Positions 13,696-27,585 of a stretch of DNA of 64,000 bases are shown here, piece after piece (the stretch's first letter is position 1; the number at the start of each line of letters is the position of its first letter). The position numbers and the translations under genes are program-made. The notes under the pieces are model-generated. The model saw only the letters and a program-made list of their open reading frames with translations. It had not been told where the DNA came from and did not search any database. This DNA comes from Nageia nagi (taxonomy: Eukaryota; Plantae; Pinophyta). Location of the stretch: the NCBI GenBank assembly GCA_050084985.1, contig JBITNC010000001.1, positions 50,592,001 to 50,656,000 on the forward strand, given 5' to 3'.

Positions 13696-14110
13696 TGGAG
13701 AAAACGAGATGGATTTATAGATACCCCACACAACTTTCAACCACTTAAGATGCATAGCCTACGGATCCTGATCAAAGAAATTAGGATGTGCTCCTATCAA
13801 CATTGTGTCGAGTCAAATTACCACTTACCAAGGGAAGAAAAAATCTTCCTATTTTGACCTTTGGGAGAAGTGGAAACCCTTCACCATTTTATTTCCAATG
13901 TCCCATTTACTATGAGATTTGAGGTATATTTCACTACCTTTTCAAGGACAATCAACAATCTTTATCCACCTTCTTCGAAAACCAGGATCAATGATGCCTT
14001 GAATTTTACATCAACAAGTCGACTTAGCTTCAACAAAAGAGGTGCTCCTCTCCTAGTAGCTCTCGACCCTCACACCCTTGGCCCATCATGAAATACTTCA
14101 TCCTAATAGG
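13696..14110 (+). mobile_element. LINE ORF2 C-terminal (Cys/His finger) remnant
   Basis: Across frameshifts: RILIKEIRMCSYQ...PREEKI...EVETLHHFI..CPIYYEI; homologous fragment at ~36030-36230. Confidence 0.7.
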
Positions 14111-15269
14111 TGTAGAAGGAAAATGATGCAAGTTTAGGATTGGAACTTTTCGAAAAACATCAAAAGGGAGCCATTTGCACCTAGGCATAGGATTGCACAC
14201 CTTTGGCATCATCAAAGCCAAATTTTTGGCACCTACCTCAAGGAGACACAAAAATCTTCAAATTTTGACTTGAGGAAACAAAAAATTGAGCATATGGATA
14301 TTGAGGAGAAGACAAATTTGAGCAAGATTGCTCTTGGAAGTTTGCAAAAAGGACTAAAATCATGCCTCCTTCCCTTAGGCACAGATTTAGGGTGCTTTGA
14401 GGTCATCAAAGATAGAATTTTGGCACCTAGATTAAGGAATGCTTCATTTTCACAAAAATTTGGAAAAAAATTTGAATGCATGGCATGATAGAAGGTGAAA
14501 AATCACACAAAATTGCATTTTACACCAACCCTTTTGGACCAAGAATTCATCCTCTCATGCTAGGCGCAAGATTACACCCCTTTGGTGTCATCAAAGCTAA
14601 AATATTGGTGCCTAGCATACTTGGGCTTAAAAGTGCTGAAATTTTAACACGATCAAATGCAAAAACAAAAAATTGGTATTTTGAGAAATACAAAGACAAG
14701 TTTTTTTAACCTTGGAGGAATTGCCAAAAGATCCAACATCCACATTTGCAAGTGAGGTCATCGCCATTCTTCTCTAAAATATGAGCAAATGGGCTCAAAA
14801 TCACTAAAACGACTCCCAAATCCATGCAGATGGTCCAAATTCCTATGTATATAACTTATATCATTGATGGGATGAATATATTGCTCCCAAAACTCGAATT
14901 GTAATTTTATTTAGTTTTGAACTCAAAAAATAGATTTCTTAGTTTTTTTGGAAAATCCAAAAAAAGTCTTGTTGTGACTTACACAACACACCCCAAAATC
15001 TCGCAATTTTGGGGACCCATTGCAACCCAAGTCTACACAATGTCATGTTCTCATTTTGAGTATTCGAAATTTCAACTACCTGGGTATCATGCCTATCATC
15101 CCTAGCCTAAGTGTTATTGTCCATCCGGTTTTAGCCATGTCAAAACAAAGGCCAAAATCCTTTGAAAAATGACTAAGTCTAGAAGCCATAAGTCGAGTTT
15201 AGGCTAAGCACGGAAACCCAGGATGAGTCCAGACCAATTCAAGTGAAACTGGGCTACTTCTAGGCCCAA

Positions 15270-16480
15270 TGCATGCCTCCAAAAGACAACGTCTTTTCTT
15301 TCTGGGATGTGTGCTCAGGTCTAGGTGTTGTCCAAACCAGAATCCAATTTGAGAGAGGCAAACTAGGCCACTTTGAGGCCCAACGCATACCTCCAAAAGA
15401 CAAAGTCTTCTCTTTCTGGAGCATGCACTTGGGTTCGGAAGGCACTTGGATCGGAATAGAGGATGCAGAAGGCAAGCAAGAGGCATTCCAAGCTTGGTGC
15501 ATGCCTCAAAAGGAAAAAATCTTGTCTTTTGAGAGCATGCGCTCAAGCTGGAATGCCACACAGGTCGACTTCGAAGATGAGAAAGTGGAGTTCAAGTACC
15601 TAGGAGGCAAGCGCATGCCTCAAAAAGACAAAATCTTGTCTTTTGAGGGTATGCGCTCATGACAAAGAGGCATTTAGTCCGATCTCATGAGGAAATTTGG
15701 CTAAGGCACGGACTCCTCACACCAGCATCCAGCTCAGGAATGATCCAAGGTGTTGGGAGCACTGTTTCAAAAGACAAAATCTTGTCTTTTTGTAGCATGC
15801 TCTTAGCTCAAGAGAGTTGGGAGCACCATTTCAAAAGACAAAATCTTGTCTTTCTATATCATGCTCCTAGCTCAAGAGAGTTGGGAGCACCGTTACACAA
15901 GACAAAATCTTGTCTTTTTGTAGCATGCTCCTAGCTCAAGAGAGTTGGGAGCACTGTTTCAAGAGACAAAATCTTGTCTTTCTGTAGCATGCTCCTAACT
16001 CAGCCAGACACCAGTTCCAGGAAAATGTGAAAATTGGGCCAAGTCCCACTTGCTAAGGCCCCAAGACAGGACAAACAAGGCAAGAGTAATCCAGCACATG
16101 CCTCAAAAAGACAAATTCTTATCTTTTTGTAGCATGCTCCTAAGGCAAGGACATGCCTAGTTTGATCCAATGGTGAAAATTGGCTAAGGCATGAAAACTT
16201 CAAGCTAGTATTTGACTCAAGCATGACTGGAAGGTTGGGCGAACTGTTTCAAAAGACAAAATCTTGTCTTTTTGAAACATGCTTCGGCCTAGGAGGAGTC
16301 CTGGATGCCCAATGATGAAATTTGACAAGTTTGGGCCCTTAAATAGACAAACTCAAGTGATGCAAGGTCAAAGCGAACGAGTTGAAGAGCCAAGAAAACA
16401 AGTGTGCGAAGGGCATGAGGCTCCAAGCTTGGAGCATGTTTCAAAAAGACAATCTTGACTTTTTCTAGCATGCTCCTAGC
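15270..16480. repeat. Array of ~11 imperfect ~42-bp palindromes (gcatgcctcaaaaagacaa-aatc-ttgtcttttgagggtatgc)
   Basis: Period ~113 bp, then 64 bp, then irregular; core conserved, spacers diverged. Confidence 0.9.
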
Positions 16481-16975
16481 CAAGGAGGAGCTTGGGTTGA
16501 AGACAAAGGTGAAGTAACGATGATCTTGAGTAGAAGAGGCATGCGCCCAAGATGGCCAAATTTCAAAGACAAGGTCCCAACTTGTCCCAGTGATACATAC
16601 AGACCACTAGATTACCCTCACAGGTGCTAAAGGTGAATAGGTCAAGTCCAGTGTTACAAAGGCAAGGAAGATGCACAATCCTAAGAGTACCAAAAGAATA
16701 TACGAGCGTGGTTTTGCAATTGCAACAATTTTATTTAATAGCAATTTTTAGTTTAAATTTGGATTTCAAAAACTTATTAAATTTGGTCCAGCTTGTGATA
16801 GATGAGGATTTCCTCCCACAAATGTTAGAATAAATCTTGTAACGCCATGTGGTAGTATTTTATTGGACCACATTTATTTTTCTTGGAGCATGTAATTAGG
16901 GTTAGGGCAACACTCTTGGTTGCTTGAAAAACTAATTATAGCCCATTTGGGCTCATTTGTAGGAGAGGAGACATT

Positions 16976-18555
16976 TGATGAGTAAAATAATGGTATTCCA
17001 AATTCCACCAGGGCTGTCACTACCCTTCCCCTAGTGATCCTTTCACCTGTTATCATGAAGGGACCAGTTAACTCGTAGAGCTAGTACTCCAACACTCAGG
17101 GCAGATTTTAGTTCCCTCTCACTAGTCTTGGAAAACAATATCTGACTCCATTTAGTTAATCAATCCAGGTAATGTTCAAGGCTATATGCTATTGAACTCT
17201 GTTTTCTCAGCTGTATCTATTTCAAGTAAACATTGTAGAAAGCCAATATGCAAAACAGAAAGTTGCAGAATTGAAAGTACAGGAATCTTAAATGCTGAAA
17301 AATATACACTTGAAATTATCACACTGAATGTAAACTCACACCTGAATTAGAAGAATAGTAAAATAACAGAGTCTTCTACAATTTGGAGTGGGCCCTTGCT
17401 CCTCTTGGTGGAAGACTTAGAAGAACTCAAAACTAGAAACTCTTAACAGATCACTCTATTATTGCATACAATTTGTCTTGCACAGAATGTGCTTGACGAA
17501 TCAAATACAAAGTTTTTATTCTCAACAGTCTACACACAATACTTCCTTAATCTTCTAACTCTTTCTACCATCAACAACTGAGGTATAAATATCCTCCGTT
17601 GTTTAACAATAGGCTGGCCAAGAATAATAATAATCTAAACAATATTTTGTTATAGAAAACAGAATCACTTATTCTACTAGCTAGCTAACACTAAAATTAA
17701 CATGCTAACGGTGCCACATCTTATCTAAGGAGAGCTGCAATCTCTTACAAAAAGAGTGGCTCATCCCAACGAGTCAGCACTATCGTAATTACATCATAAG
17801 TAGTTTATTATGCCTAATTTGGAGTCAAGCATACTCCAAAAAACAAGAATCATATCTAACTATATCTAAGGTGTTGAAACCATGCTTATATAGATTATAT
17901 CTGGAGTAGCTCACATTACATAAATATCTGGATCATACAAGGCTAGAATTGAACTGGTAGTATAGTCAACAATGACAGTCAATTTCTCAATTTTGGGTCT
18001 GAAGCGGAAGCTCCGAACAAGTTTGAAATAGAAGTTCCGAACAAGTTTGAAATAGAAGCTTCGGACAAGTCTGAAATAGAAGCTCCGGACAAGTCTGAAA
18101 TAGAAGCTCCGAACGAGTCTGAAATAGAAGCTCCGGATGAGTCTGGAACAGAAGCTCTGAACAAGTCTAGAACAGAAGCTTCAGACAAGTCTAGAACAGA
18201 AGCTCCAGACAACATAATTCTGGTTTACCAAATGAGGTGTCCAATGTGTCCGGTGCTGAGCTCCGGACAATGTATACAAGTGCAGAATCTGTTCAGAATA
18301 CTTCCTCCAATACTTACAACTCATACAAGTTCTCAACCATCATTCCGTGGAGCAAAGAGAAGCATTTTGGTTCAAACAAACACACAAAATAGAATCAATA
18401 TGCACAAAATACTAATATAAGGAAAGTATGCATTTAACCATATATTAAGCAACTAAATAGTCTAATAGTTATAATTAATCCATCCCATAATGTCCAAATA
18501 TACAAAATGAACCATCGAACCGTGCCAAAAACCAAGTAATTATTGAGACTCATCA
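16976..18555. mobile_element. Solo LTR (1.58 kb) nested in the 14970 LTR
   Basis: 8-bp terminal inverted repeat TGATGAGT...ACTCATCA; TSD acatt/tcatt (4/5); host sequence resumes afterwards. Confidence 0.8.
18008..18212. repeat. 24-bp minisatellite (~8.5 copies)
   Basis: gaagctccggacaagtctgaaata tandem units. Confidence 0.95.
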
Positions 18556-20399
18556 TCATTTTTGCAAATGGAGCAACTTAATACTTTCAAGCTTGCAAGT
18601 TTTCTCAATTTGTGAATGTGATATATTTCAGGTAATTGAGTGATGAATGCTCTCATTTGGAACTATGAATGTGAATAGATGTTACTATCTTGTGTCATCT
18701 TGAATACTTGGTGCATTTTGTAAATCTTGTTAAGGTGGAAAACAGAGTGCTTGAACATTATTAGAAGTACTTCAAGTAATGCATGGTTGTGTAACAATTC
18801 ATAGTTTGCATTATAGACTTGTACACTTTGAGATGGCTCCCATATGTCGCTTAGCATAGGAACTTCAGTCTCTTGTCCAAGGTTTACCCATGTCTCATCA
18901 CTTACCATCATCACCTTAGCTTCAAGCTCCTCTTATTAGGCCATTTGTGTTGTTGACTAGCAAGGCGGATCCGGCATACGTGGAACCTATAAAAAGCCCA
19001 TGAGAAACCTGTACTAGTCAATGAGACCATTGAACTTTTGTGCTGAACTCATATATCACCGTATACTCAACCTTTTTCTTTATTTTTCATTCTTTTTTGC
19101 GGCTTTCGCACCCCTATTTTACTTTGTTTGTTTGAGAAACAACACTAATCCAAGTATGGAGACAATTTGAGTCCTTGAGTAACAAATTCTATTTGAGTTC
19201 GAAACAGATTTAAACATCTCAACCAATCTCTTGAGTAACCTCTTGCACATCCCATCACGAGACCTTGAGGTAACCAGTCCTCATGGCGGCTAGGGGTCAC
19301 GCCCTGCCACCTAGATGTTGGTGTCTTCCATAAGCCTTGCAAGCTCATTTGCCTATCAGCAGGGTAGGAAAGAAAAAGCCCTCAACAAGTCTATAAATAA
19401 ACCATAGGGGTCTTATTTTAGATAGAATGTCTCTAGAGCAACATTTGTGGAAAATTAGCAAATTGATGTATCCTTGTAAGTTTTGGCACAAATTAATACA
19501 AAGTGGTGGAAGACTTGAAACAAAGTTATTTGTCATTTGTGGGATTGTGGATTCGACCTTTTTGAAGCTTTTTTGAATGACTTAGATTATTTCACGTTTT
19601 TCCTTGAAAAGTTTCGATTCTTTCATGCTTTTCATTCCAAGATCGTTGCCAATCCATAGTTTGCACAATAAGTGAACGTATTTTGAGATTTTTTTTTCAT
19701 TCTATGACATCCAATTAGAATCTTTCATTCGAAACAAAGTTTGTGCACACTTGTTGTGTCATGTTTTCTATTGATTGCTTATCTGTTACATTTAGGTGTA
19801 TCGATAGCAGCTTTGCTCCCTACTCCTCTTCAGAATAGATTGGACTTAGGTCATTTTATTTTTAAGTTGGAAGACTTCGAATGATAATTCTTATCATTCA
19901 TTGAGAGTTTGGTGAGGCGTTTAGTGGGGTTGCATAGGGGTAGATCGAGGATCGCCCTGTGAACACAAGAGGCACACCTTTCTTTGGAAGATTCTTTTGG
20001 TGGTTTCTACAGTCTCCGTAGAGGTGATGGGCACACTACGGACTTTGTAGTAGATACACTCAGAAGATTTTGACTTAGGTTGACATTAGAAAATTGGATG
20101 CGAACTACCTTGAGACTCTCCTTAAGCCTGAGAAGAACCAAACTCTAGTATGAATACAGGCTCACTACGGACTTCGAAGTTGATGGACTCTTATGTTTTA
20201 TACTTAGATAAAAAGACATTTGAAAGTAACTAGAATTCAAGTTGTGGATTTCCAAGAATCTCTTTATCATTAGAAACTATACAAAATAAACAAGGAAGCA
20301 TGAAGAATCAAAATTGCTTTTTACAGGTGGATTCCTGTATTCAATTTACCTTTACCAAAAAGAAAGGTGGTTAAATGAAATAAACCCCTCTAGTTGTTG

Positions 20400-22020
20400 T
20401 TTACGATTCATCTAGTAAGAAAATAGAAACTGCAGATGAGTTTGACATTGACATCACAATAACAGTAACTAATAGCAACATGAACAATATAACTAAGTAA
20501 TCAACAACACCATCACATTTGCCATATCCAGAATAGAAAAGTTCACAATGAATAATAGTGAAGTGAAGAGTTGCTTCCAATTTGAGGGTTGACCTCCCAA
20601 GTATTTGAATATACCAATTAAGATATAAATTCACAAGGATGATTATGGGCATAGTCCTTACTTCTACTTATACATAAATCTAGCTAATGCAGTAATAACA
20701 ATGCTCCATAACTCACAATATATGTGATAACACTAGAGCCAATGAAATTAAAGATAGATGTAAGGTTATGCAAAGTCATAGCTGACAATCTTTGATATAG
20801 ATAAGGGTTGCAATAGTCGAAGTGTCACATTCTTCCATAAATTTCTTTACATCCTATTTCAGTCCATAGAAAAATGTTTTCCTCATTCCATGATAAGTTT
20901 TGAAGAATATCGAGTGTCCTCCTAAAGGGGATCCACATAGATCATGAAGAACCAATTCTTTGCATTCAGATATTTCTCCCAAGTATATCCCAATTTGGAA
21001 TTTGAGGATCTAACTTTTCCATTCTTTGCATTTGGATGTTTCTCCTTAAGCCATTTTGATATACTTTTCCTCATAATTACATTAACTTGCTTATGTAATA
21101 CAAACTCATTCCTTTTTTCAAAACTTGGTGGTGTGTGTTCTAAGTTTTTGATGATTTGAGGTTGCATTTCTTCCTAATATTACCTTTCTTTTAAGACTAG
21201 CCTTCTCCTAGTAGGTGATATCACACATTACGGTTCCTCAAGATTTTTCCTATAAGCCAAGTGTCTTGGGTTTGTGCTTATGACGTTTCAAATCTACTAA
21301 GGTTACTATTAGGAATACATGTTATTGGTCTTTATAATATGGATCTAATGGAATAGGTCTCTCAATAAGGTGGTGGACTTGGTCTTCAAAAAATAGTGAG
21401 ATAGATTTGGGTCTAAAGCAATTTCAAATTTACTAAGGATGTTGTCAAAGATACATCATGTTGCGATTGTTGTTGGGATCCCCTCAAACAAAATGAATCT
21501 AATATGACAAGTATCTTGACAAGTAATTTTTTTTGTCCTACTAAATTAAAAGGCTACTAAGTTTACAAGTTCAGCTAAGGTAAAAACACATCACAAAAAA
21601 AGTTGTAAGAAAATTTAGAACCCAAAATTTTAGATCTAATGTCCAACATGCTTACAAAGTGCTCCAAAATTGTTCTTATTCAATAGAAGAGATAGTGATA
21701 ACAATCACTGCGATACCATGATTCAGCTAGTAGGATAATAGAAAATTTATGTGCATTCCACACTCACATCACAGAAACAATAAACAAAAGAAACACAAAC
21801 AATATAATTGAGCAATTAAAATTGAACACCATGTGCATTTGCCAAATCCAAAATAACCAAATAAGAGTTCAAAATGAATAGCAATGAAAAGACCTAAGAG
21901 TTGTCACTTTCAAATTCTGACCTCCCAAGTTTTTGGAGATACTAAGACATGAATTTAGAATAATGATTATTGGCATAGTCCCTATTTCTCTTCATGAGTA
22001 AATCTAGCTAATGAACTAAC
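20400..22020 (-). mobile_element. Highly decayed retroelement gag/protease-like remnant with a ~120-bp internal duplication
   Basis: 20568-20690 ~ 21898-22015; minus-strand MPIIIL...LGRSTLKLEA resembles a protease region. Confidence 0.35.
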
Positions 22021-22496
22021 CCTTGTGGTCCATTAGTGAATGATTATCAATTCACCACAAATGGAGAGATAAGACAAATCTCCTCAAAGAGTAAATTCTA
22101 TGGCATGGCATTCATGTTGTTGTCATCGAGGGTTTAGGGACCAATCATGAGGAGTTTGAATGTGATGATAAGGTCTATTTCATTTCACCCTTGGCATCTT
22201 CTACTTTTATTAATGGACATGATGTTTTGTAAGGCTAGTGAGTTACCCCTAGATTTAGAGCACTTTTATGGTGGTAGTGACACGACTTCTCACTTTTATG
22301 GTAAGGATAGTGAGTTGCCCCTAGAGTTAGCATTGTATAATAGAAACAAAATCATTTGGTCTATGTTCTTTTTTGTGTTGTGTTTCGATTTGCTAATAGT
22401 GGCCGCTTTTTATGCATTGAATGCTCTTTTTGTTTAGATCCTTGAATTTGAATAAAACGTGTTGTTTTGATATTTTCTAGGAACATCAAGACCAAT

Positions 22497-22509
22497 TGGT
22501 ATTAAGAGC
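22497..22509 (+). promoter_or_regulatory. Degenerate tRNA-iMet PBS of an old LTR element
   Basis: tggtattaagagc after a U5-like segment containing aataaa. Confidence 0.4.
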
Positions 22510-22602
22510 AGTTTCCTCAACATGTGCAAAATTTTGTATTACAAGGCAGAAGAAAGATGAACTAGCATTCTTCAACCTACAAGTTGGACAATCAGACATA
22601 GT

Positions 22603-23108
22603 TGTTGGAATGTATAATGCATTATTGTAAAGGTTGTATTAAATCTTCTATGTAAATTCACTAATACTTAAGGGTATCATTTGATACCTTAAGTATTTAA
22701 ATGAATATGATAATGTAACTTGTCCTACACTCCATGTCATGAGCATGCCCCTTGGGTAAAAAGAAATGCATGTCATGCTTTTGTACATTGGATAAAAGGG
22801 TGATCCAAAGAGGGATTTTGGCCTATAAATAGAAGGCTCCTTCTTTGTGATTACATACCAATTTGTGGAGTAAGTTATGCTATAGGATAGAAGTGTAGGA
22901 GTTGAGATTAGGAGGATTGTAAGAGAGTTGTATTTGTGATTGAAGTAAAGATCTAGTTAGTGGATGTACTCCTAGTTGGAGGAACCACTTTGCATCTTGA
23001 ATTACTTTGTGAGATTGTCTTATGTGTGAGTTTGTTAGATGTGAATTTAAAAGCTTTTCATGTGATCTTGGTAGATTAGGAATTATCTTGTTTGTGTTAG
23101 CTCCTTCA
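22603..23108 (+). mobile_element. Solo LTR (506 bp)
   Basis: TGTTGG...CTTCA; perfect TSD ATAGT; TATA cctataaatag at ~22822. Confidence 0.88.
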
Positions 23109-24550
23109 ATAGTGTATCACCAAGTGAAAAGGCTTAAGTGGAGTCCCATGACAATAGAACTTTTGGAAATGACCATCAAATCCATGTCTTCAAATCTATA
23201 AAGGCTTGTGTAGAGAGGAACAACAAGAAATGTTAAAGGGAAAGGTTGCGATGCTTAGTTCAGATTTTGAATAGATTTTACTATGACAAAAGATAAGGCA
23301 AACAAGTTGCTAGTAAAGTTTTAAGGTAAAAGACTTTCTTGTTTTCTAAAGACAATTGTATCCTATTGGTTATAGGAAGACCATAATGAAGCATTAGCAA
23401 TTTCAAAGCAAAAGAGTGAACAAAACATTCAAGAGGTACATTTCTAAGTTCCACACCATGGTTGCCCAACTGTGGTCCAATCTTAGAAACCTGAATACTA
23501 TGAAGAATACGAGGCCAATCTCCATGGCGACAATGAAGAAGACATGCAAATCATGACTGTTGGCATCTTGATGATTTTAACAACAATGACCATTGCAGCA
23601 GAAAAGAAGGTCAACTTGTCACTAGTGAGCTCAACAACCACCATGGAAGGTGAACTAGAGCATAGCATGCTATTTTCCTTATATGCAAGTGTGTGCATGT
23701 AATTTGGTGATTTAAAGGAGTTAATACACTTTGGGATTTCATAGTCTACATTTTGGCCTGACATTGCTATCAAAGCACCAGTTTTTGTTACCTTAGTTTG
23801 TTAACCTAGGTAACTCCTTGTCTCAATTTTCAAGTTGTGTTGATCATCATAATTTTACATTAGTACTCCTCGAGCTTCAACTAAAATAGGATATGAAGCA
23901 CTTATTCAAAACTGCGATTTTGCCTCAATCTCAAAACCTTGTTTTATCTTAGTTTTTCAATTTTCAAACTATGATTTTATCTTAGCTTTCAAATACCCAT
24001 TTTGGTCTTCAAATTTTAAAATCTGCAAGAAAATATTTCTACATTTTTTTCTTGTTGTCATAGTTCGATTCTACTCGGCTACGCAAGGAAATCTTGACCA
24101 CCGTTTCCAACTGAAACTATATCACTTGTATTGTCACCAATTTTCTTATTGTTTTTCTAGTAGAGTGTTGTCCTCCCAATTGACCATTCTATTTCGAACC
24201 TTTGATCCGTTTTATTTTTCACTCCTAACACTTGCCCTTATTGTAGCACTCAAAGATTGCATGGCGATCTTGCTTAGAAACATAGTGCCTATGCTAAAAT
24301 CCAACTGATTTGGTTAAGAAGAGGTGTTGAAAGGGGCTTCAATCCTTTTACAAAGCAGTTTGAAAATCACCCTATTGACAAAAGAATAAGTAAAGCACCC
24401 AAGAGTAGCAAAGCAAGAAACCCAAACAAGACCAAAAGTGTCAAAGGAAGAAATCCAACATTGTTGTGTACAAAAGCTATATCTTCCAAGGTATTAAAAG
24501 AAAGGGTACAATAACAACAAGTGTTGGGAGCTACATCCTATAAAAAGTCT

Positions 24551-25339
24551 AAGTGATATGGATATGGAACCATTCCTTGATTTCGGAATGGCCAAGGAAC
24601 ACGAAATCATCCTCAAGAATAGGAAAGGGGTCTTTCGGAATTCCGTTGTGATTCTCGAGGATGTTTGGCGTTCTTGCTTGATTTTGGGTGCACATGCACA
24701 ATTTTTTTTTTAAATAAAAATTAAAAAAACAACTTCTAATTTAAAGAAAACACTTAAAATGCATGGGATGGGACCCACCAATGATCCCACCCCCTCTAAC
24801 CCTAAAAACATCTTTTAAAACTCATCCAAAACTCATCTTGTAATCGATTTTCATTGTGTGCAGTTGGAAGAGAAAGAAAACAACAGTTAAGAGAGAAAAG
24901 ACAACAGTGAGGAGAAAAAGACAACATTTTCATTTTGTTATACTATACATTTTCATTTTGTTATACTTATTCCGCTATTTGGCATACTCATATCAATGTC
25001 CACTCTATGTATTTGATTCAAACCCAATGACATTATGATTCAAACTGATTATAACATTATGTTATCATATTTACTATTTTATGATTATGTCTTGAATTTT
25101 TAATTTCAATTCCATGTTTTCAAATTTTATACATGATTGAATTTGGTAATATGATCATTCATTATAATAATAATGAATTGGAAACAATAAAATTTTAAAA
25201 TCTGAATTATGATATTTTTTAGTTTTACTAGTATTATACTTGCCATTCCCTGGTGTTCCTCAAAAATGACCCCCTACATTCCCCCGTTTCGGGATACATG
25301 TTCCCCCATTTCTCCATTCCTCGATCTTATGGAACACTA
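24551..25339. mobile_element. Possible non-autonomous DNA transposon (hAT/MITE-like)
   Basis: GGAAC-rich left end, GTTCC-rich right end, AT-rich core; TIR weak and no TSD seen. Confidence 0.35.
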
Positions 25340-27080
25340 ATCTTGACACACAAACGACAAGAGATTTGTTATAGGACTAGATTTCAACTTAACGAAACAC
25401 CTCTATGATGAAAGACTTGGCAGCTCAAGTAGCACCTAAATGTAGACCTAAAGGAGAGACAATTTGTACACCAAAAAACAAATATGAGCTATTGTGCTTG
25501 CACAACATGCCCCTAAATTTGACAATTTTGGGGACCCTTTTCGGCCATCGCATAGAAGAAGTTGCCTTAGAAGCATAGGATGAAGGATATCTTAGAGAAA
25601 ATAGATGATGGAAGACAAAAATGTTAAACCCATGATGTCAAATCAAGTTACTAGGAAGCAAAATCGCTAAGATGCACCAAAACAGGATCTCAAATGGTGA
25701 AAAATGCTAAATGACGGTGTCAAAATTGTCAAAGTGTGGAAAAGGAGTGAAAAACCCTTGGGCGCATCAAAATAGGGCCTTAAAATTGTCAAAGGAGGAA
25801 AAAAGGGTTAAAATAGGTGAGGCACATCAAAAAGAGGTCTTTAAAAAGTTTAAGGGTGTAAATTGATGCGAGATCCACTTGGGCACATTATTTAAGAAGG
25901 ATAAAACATCAAAAATGAGAGAAAATGCCTTAAGCACACAAAATGAGGGCCTTAAAACCTCAAAATGATCAAAAGAAGCTAAAATGGCTTGGGCGCACCC
26001 TTTTTGGGTCTTAAAATTCGTAAGGCAAAGAGATGTGACATCAGTTTTGAGGGGTGATTTTGAAAGGTCAAAAAGTTAAATTTTTAATAACTTAAGGCTT
26101 CAAAAGACCCCCAAGACTGATGTGTGCCCGACCCAAGCGTGCTTCACCCCTCATGACTTACCTCGGACTTGCGCTTGCCTCCTAAGGGGTCTAGAAGATG
26201 ATTTTGAGCAACAATGATGAAATTCGACTAAGTTTGGAGCATGTCTTCCTTGGGCGTATGTCTGGATAGAGACAACCTTCATGACTCCAGGAAGATGTGC
26301 GCCGAGCTTGATGGCACTCTCTCAGTGCATATGCCAACTAAGACATCAATGTGGTCCTCCCTTGGACTTGCACTGCGCATTCCTAGCCAATATCCCGATG
26401 CAAATGGACATCAAAACACACCTCATGACCCTTGGAGGACTTGCACCAAGTTAGTATGCACCCTTCCAACACAAGTGCACACCAAGACAGAGTTGATGAC
26501 CTCTCTCGAATCTATGCCAGGCTTCCAGGAGCATCAAGGAAGTATTCCAGGGAAATAACGGCGAAACTGGCTAAGTGTAAAACATCCTTCCTTTTGGCAC
26601 AAGTCAAGAAGAGGACAACCACCATGACCCATTCCACACCTAGCTAGGTTCACACCCCTCATCCCTAGCGCAAATGCAGCAAGAGACAACATGCTTGTCT
26701 CCCCTCATACATGTGTTGGCCCTATTTTTCCTCATCCAAGTGCAAATTCAAACCAAGACACGTTTTGACTCCCAGAACACTTGCGCAACCTCCCAGGAGC
26801 CAATTGACCTCGAATGTCATGCCAAAATGCCTAGAAAATCACACCCATCTCCGAAGCCACACATCCCTAGGCACCTGAAGGCATTGCCCTAGAAAAACCC
26901 TAGAAATATCTATAAAAGGGGGCAAACCAGCCTTCATTTATGCATGCCAACATTGCTCTCCCTTTTGAACTTGCCTAGGCATTGAAACTGAGACCCCTTG
27001 AACCCTCCTGAAACAAGTTGAGGAGCCCCTCATCCCCATTTGCCAAGTTACCTGAGAAACCACTCCACATCCAACATCCA

Positions 27081-27585
27081 ATGGTTGGGATGAATTCTAA
27101 GGTGCAAGGTGAAGAGGTCAAGTTGGAAGGAACAATGGTCAATGAGGAAGCCCCACCAAAGACAAAGATCACCTTTGATGTCACAGCTTCGATAGCCAGA
27201 AAGTGAAGGACGAGTCCATAGAGACTCATCATGTGAGTCGGTTTGTCTTCAAGGTCAACAACACGTTGTTTGTGACCAAAGTCTTCCTAACAAGGACCTG
27301 AAGAAATCCTAGGATATGGAGACTCTGATAGTGAGGACTGAAATTGGCGAGGTCAAGGCAACTAGAGCAGAGGGGATTAGAGACATCACCAGGCCAATCA
27401 AAGGATTGGAAGAAAGACAAGAGGAAGGCAAGCCCCGAAGAGGAAATCATACTCCATCCACGACATCCATAAGAGGGGGAACCACTCAAGGACAAGCAAG
27501 CCAGGAACCCATGGGCGAAGATGACTCAGAGACAGGTGCCACGGATGGAGAAAAAGCAGCTAATGGACTCATGAATGCCAGTTGA
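27081..27585 (+). pseudogene. LTR-embedded ORF of unknown function, copy 1
   Basis: MVGMNSK...ETHHVSRFVFKVNNTLFVTK...EIGEVKATRAEGIRDITR (frameshifted); TATA tataaaaggg at ~26911. Confidence 0.7.

Larger units (their letters stand above)
14970..19387 (+). mobile_element. Large solo LTR (~2.8 kb without its nested insert)
   Basis: TGTTGTGACTTACACAAC...GCCCTCAACA; perfect TSD AGTCT (14965-14969 / 19388-19392). Confidence 0.9.
14130..19890 (+). mobile_element. Older LTR fragment hosting the 14970-19387 solo LTR (boundaries approximate)
   Basis: Removing the insert rejoins ...aaaaagtct|ataaataaaccataggg..., collinear with 260-800. Confidence 0.65.

Noticed and set aside
15270-16480. CRISPR-like repeat/spacer appearance (also 30138-31092, 60085-61350)
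   Set aside because: Eukaryotic LTR context, degenerate repeats, irregular and mutually related spacers, no cas genes
17979-18215. Repetitive 78-aa ORF
   Set aside because: Translation of a 24-bp minisatellite within a solo LTR
25441-25452. tgtagacctaaa as an LTR start
   Set aside because: Aligns with the older host repeat (~1699); the family terminus is at 25490
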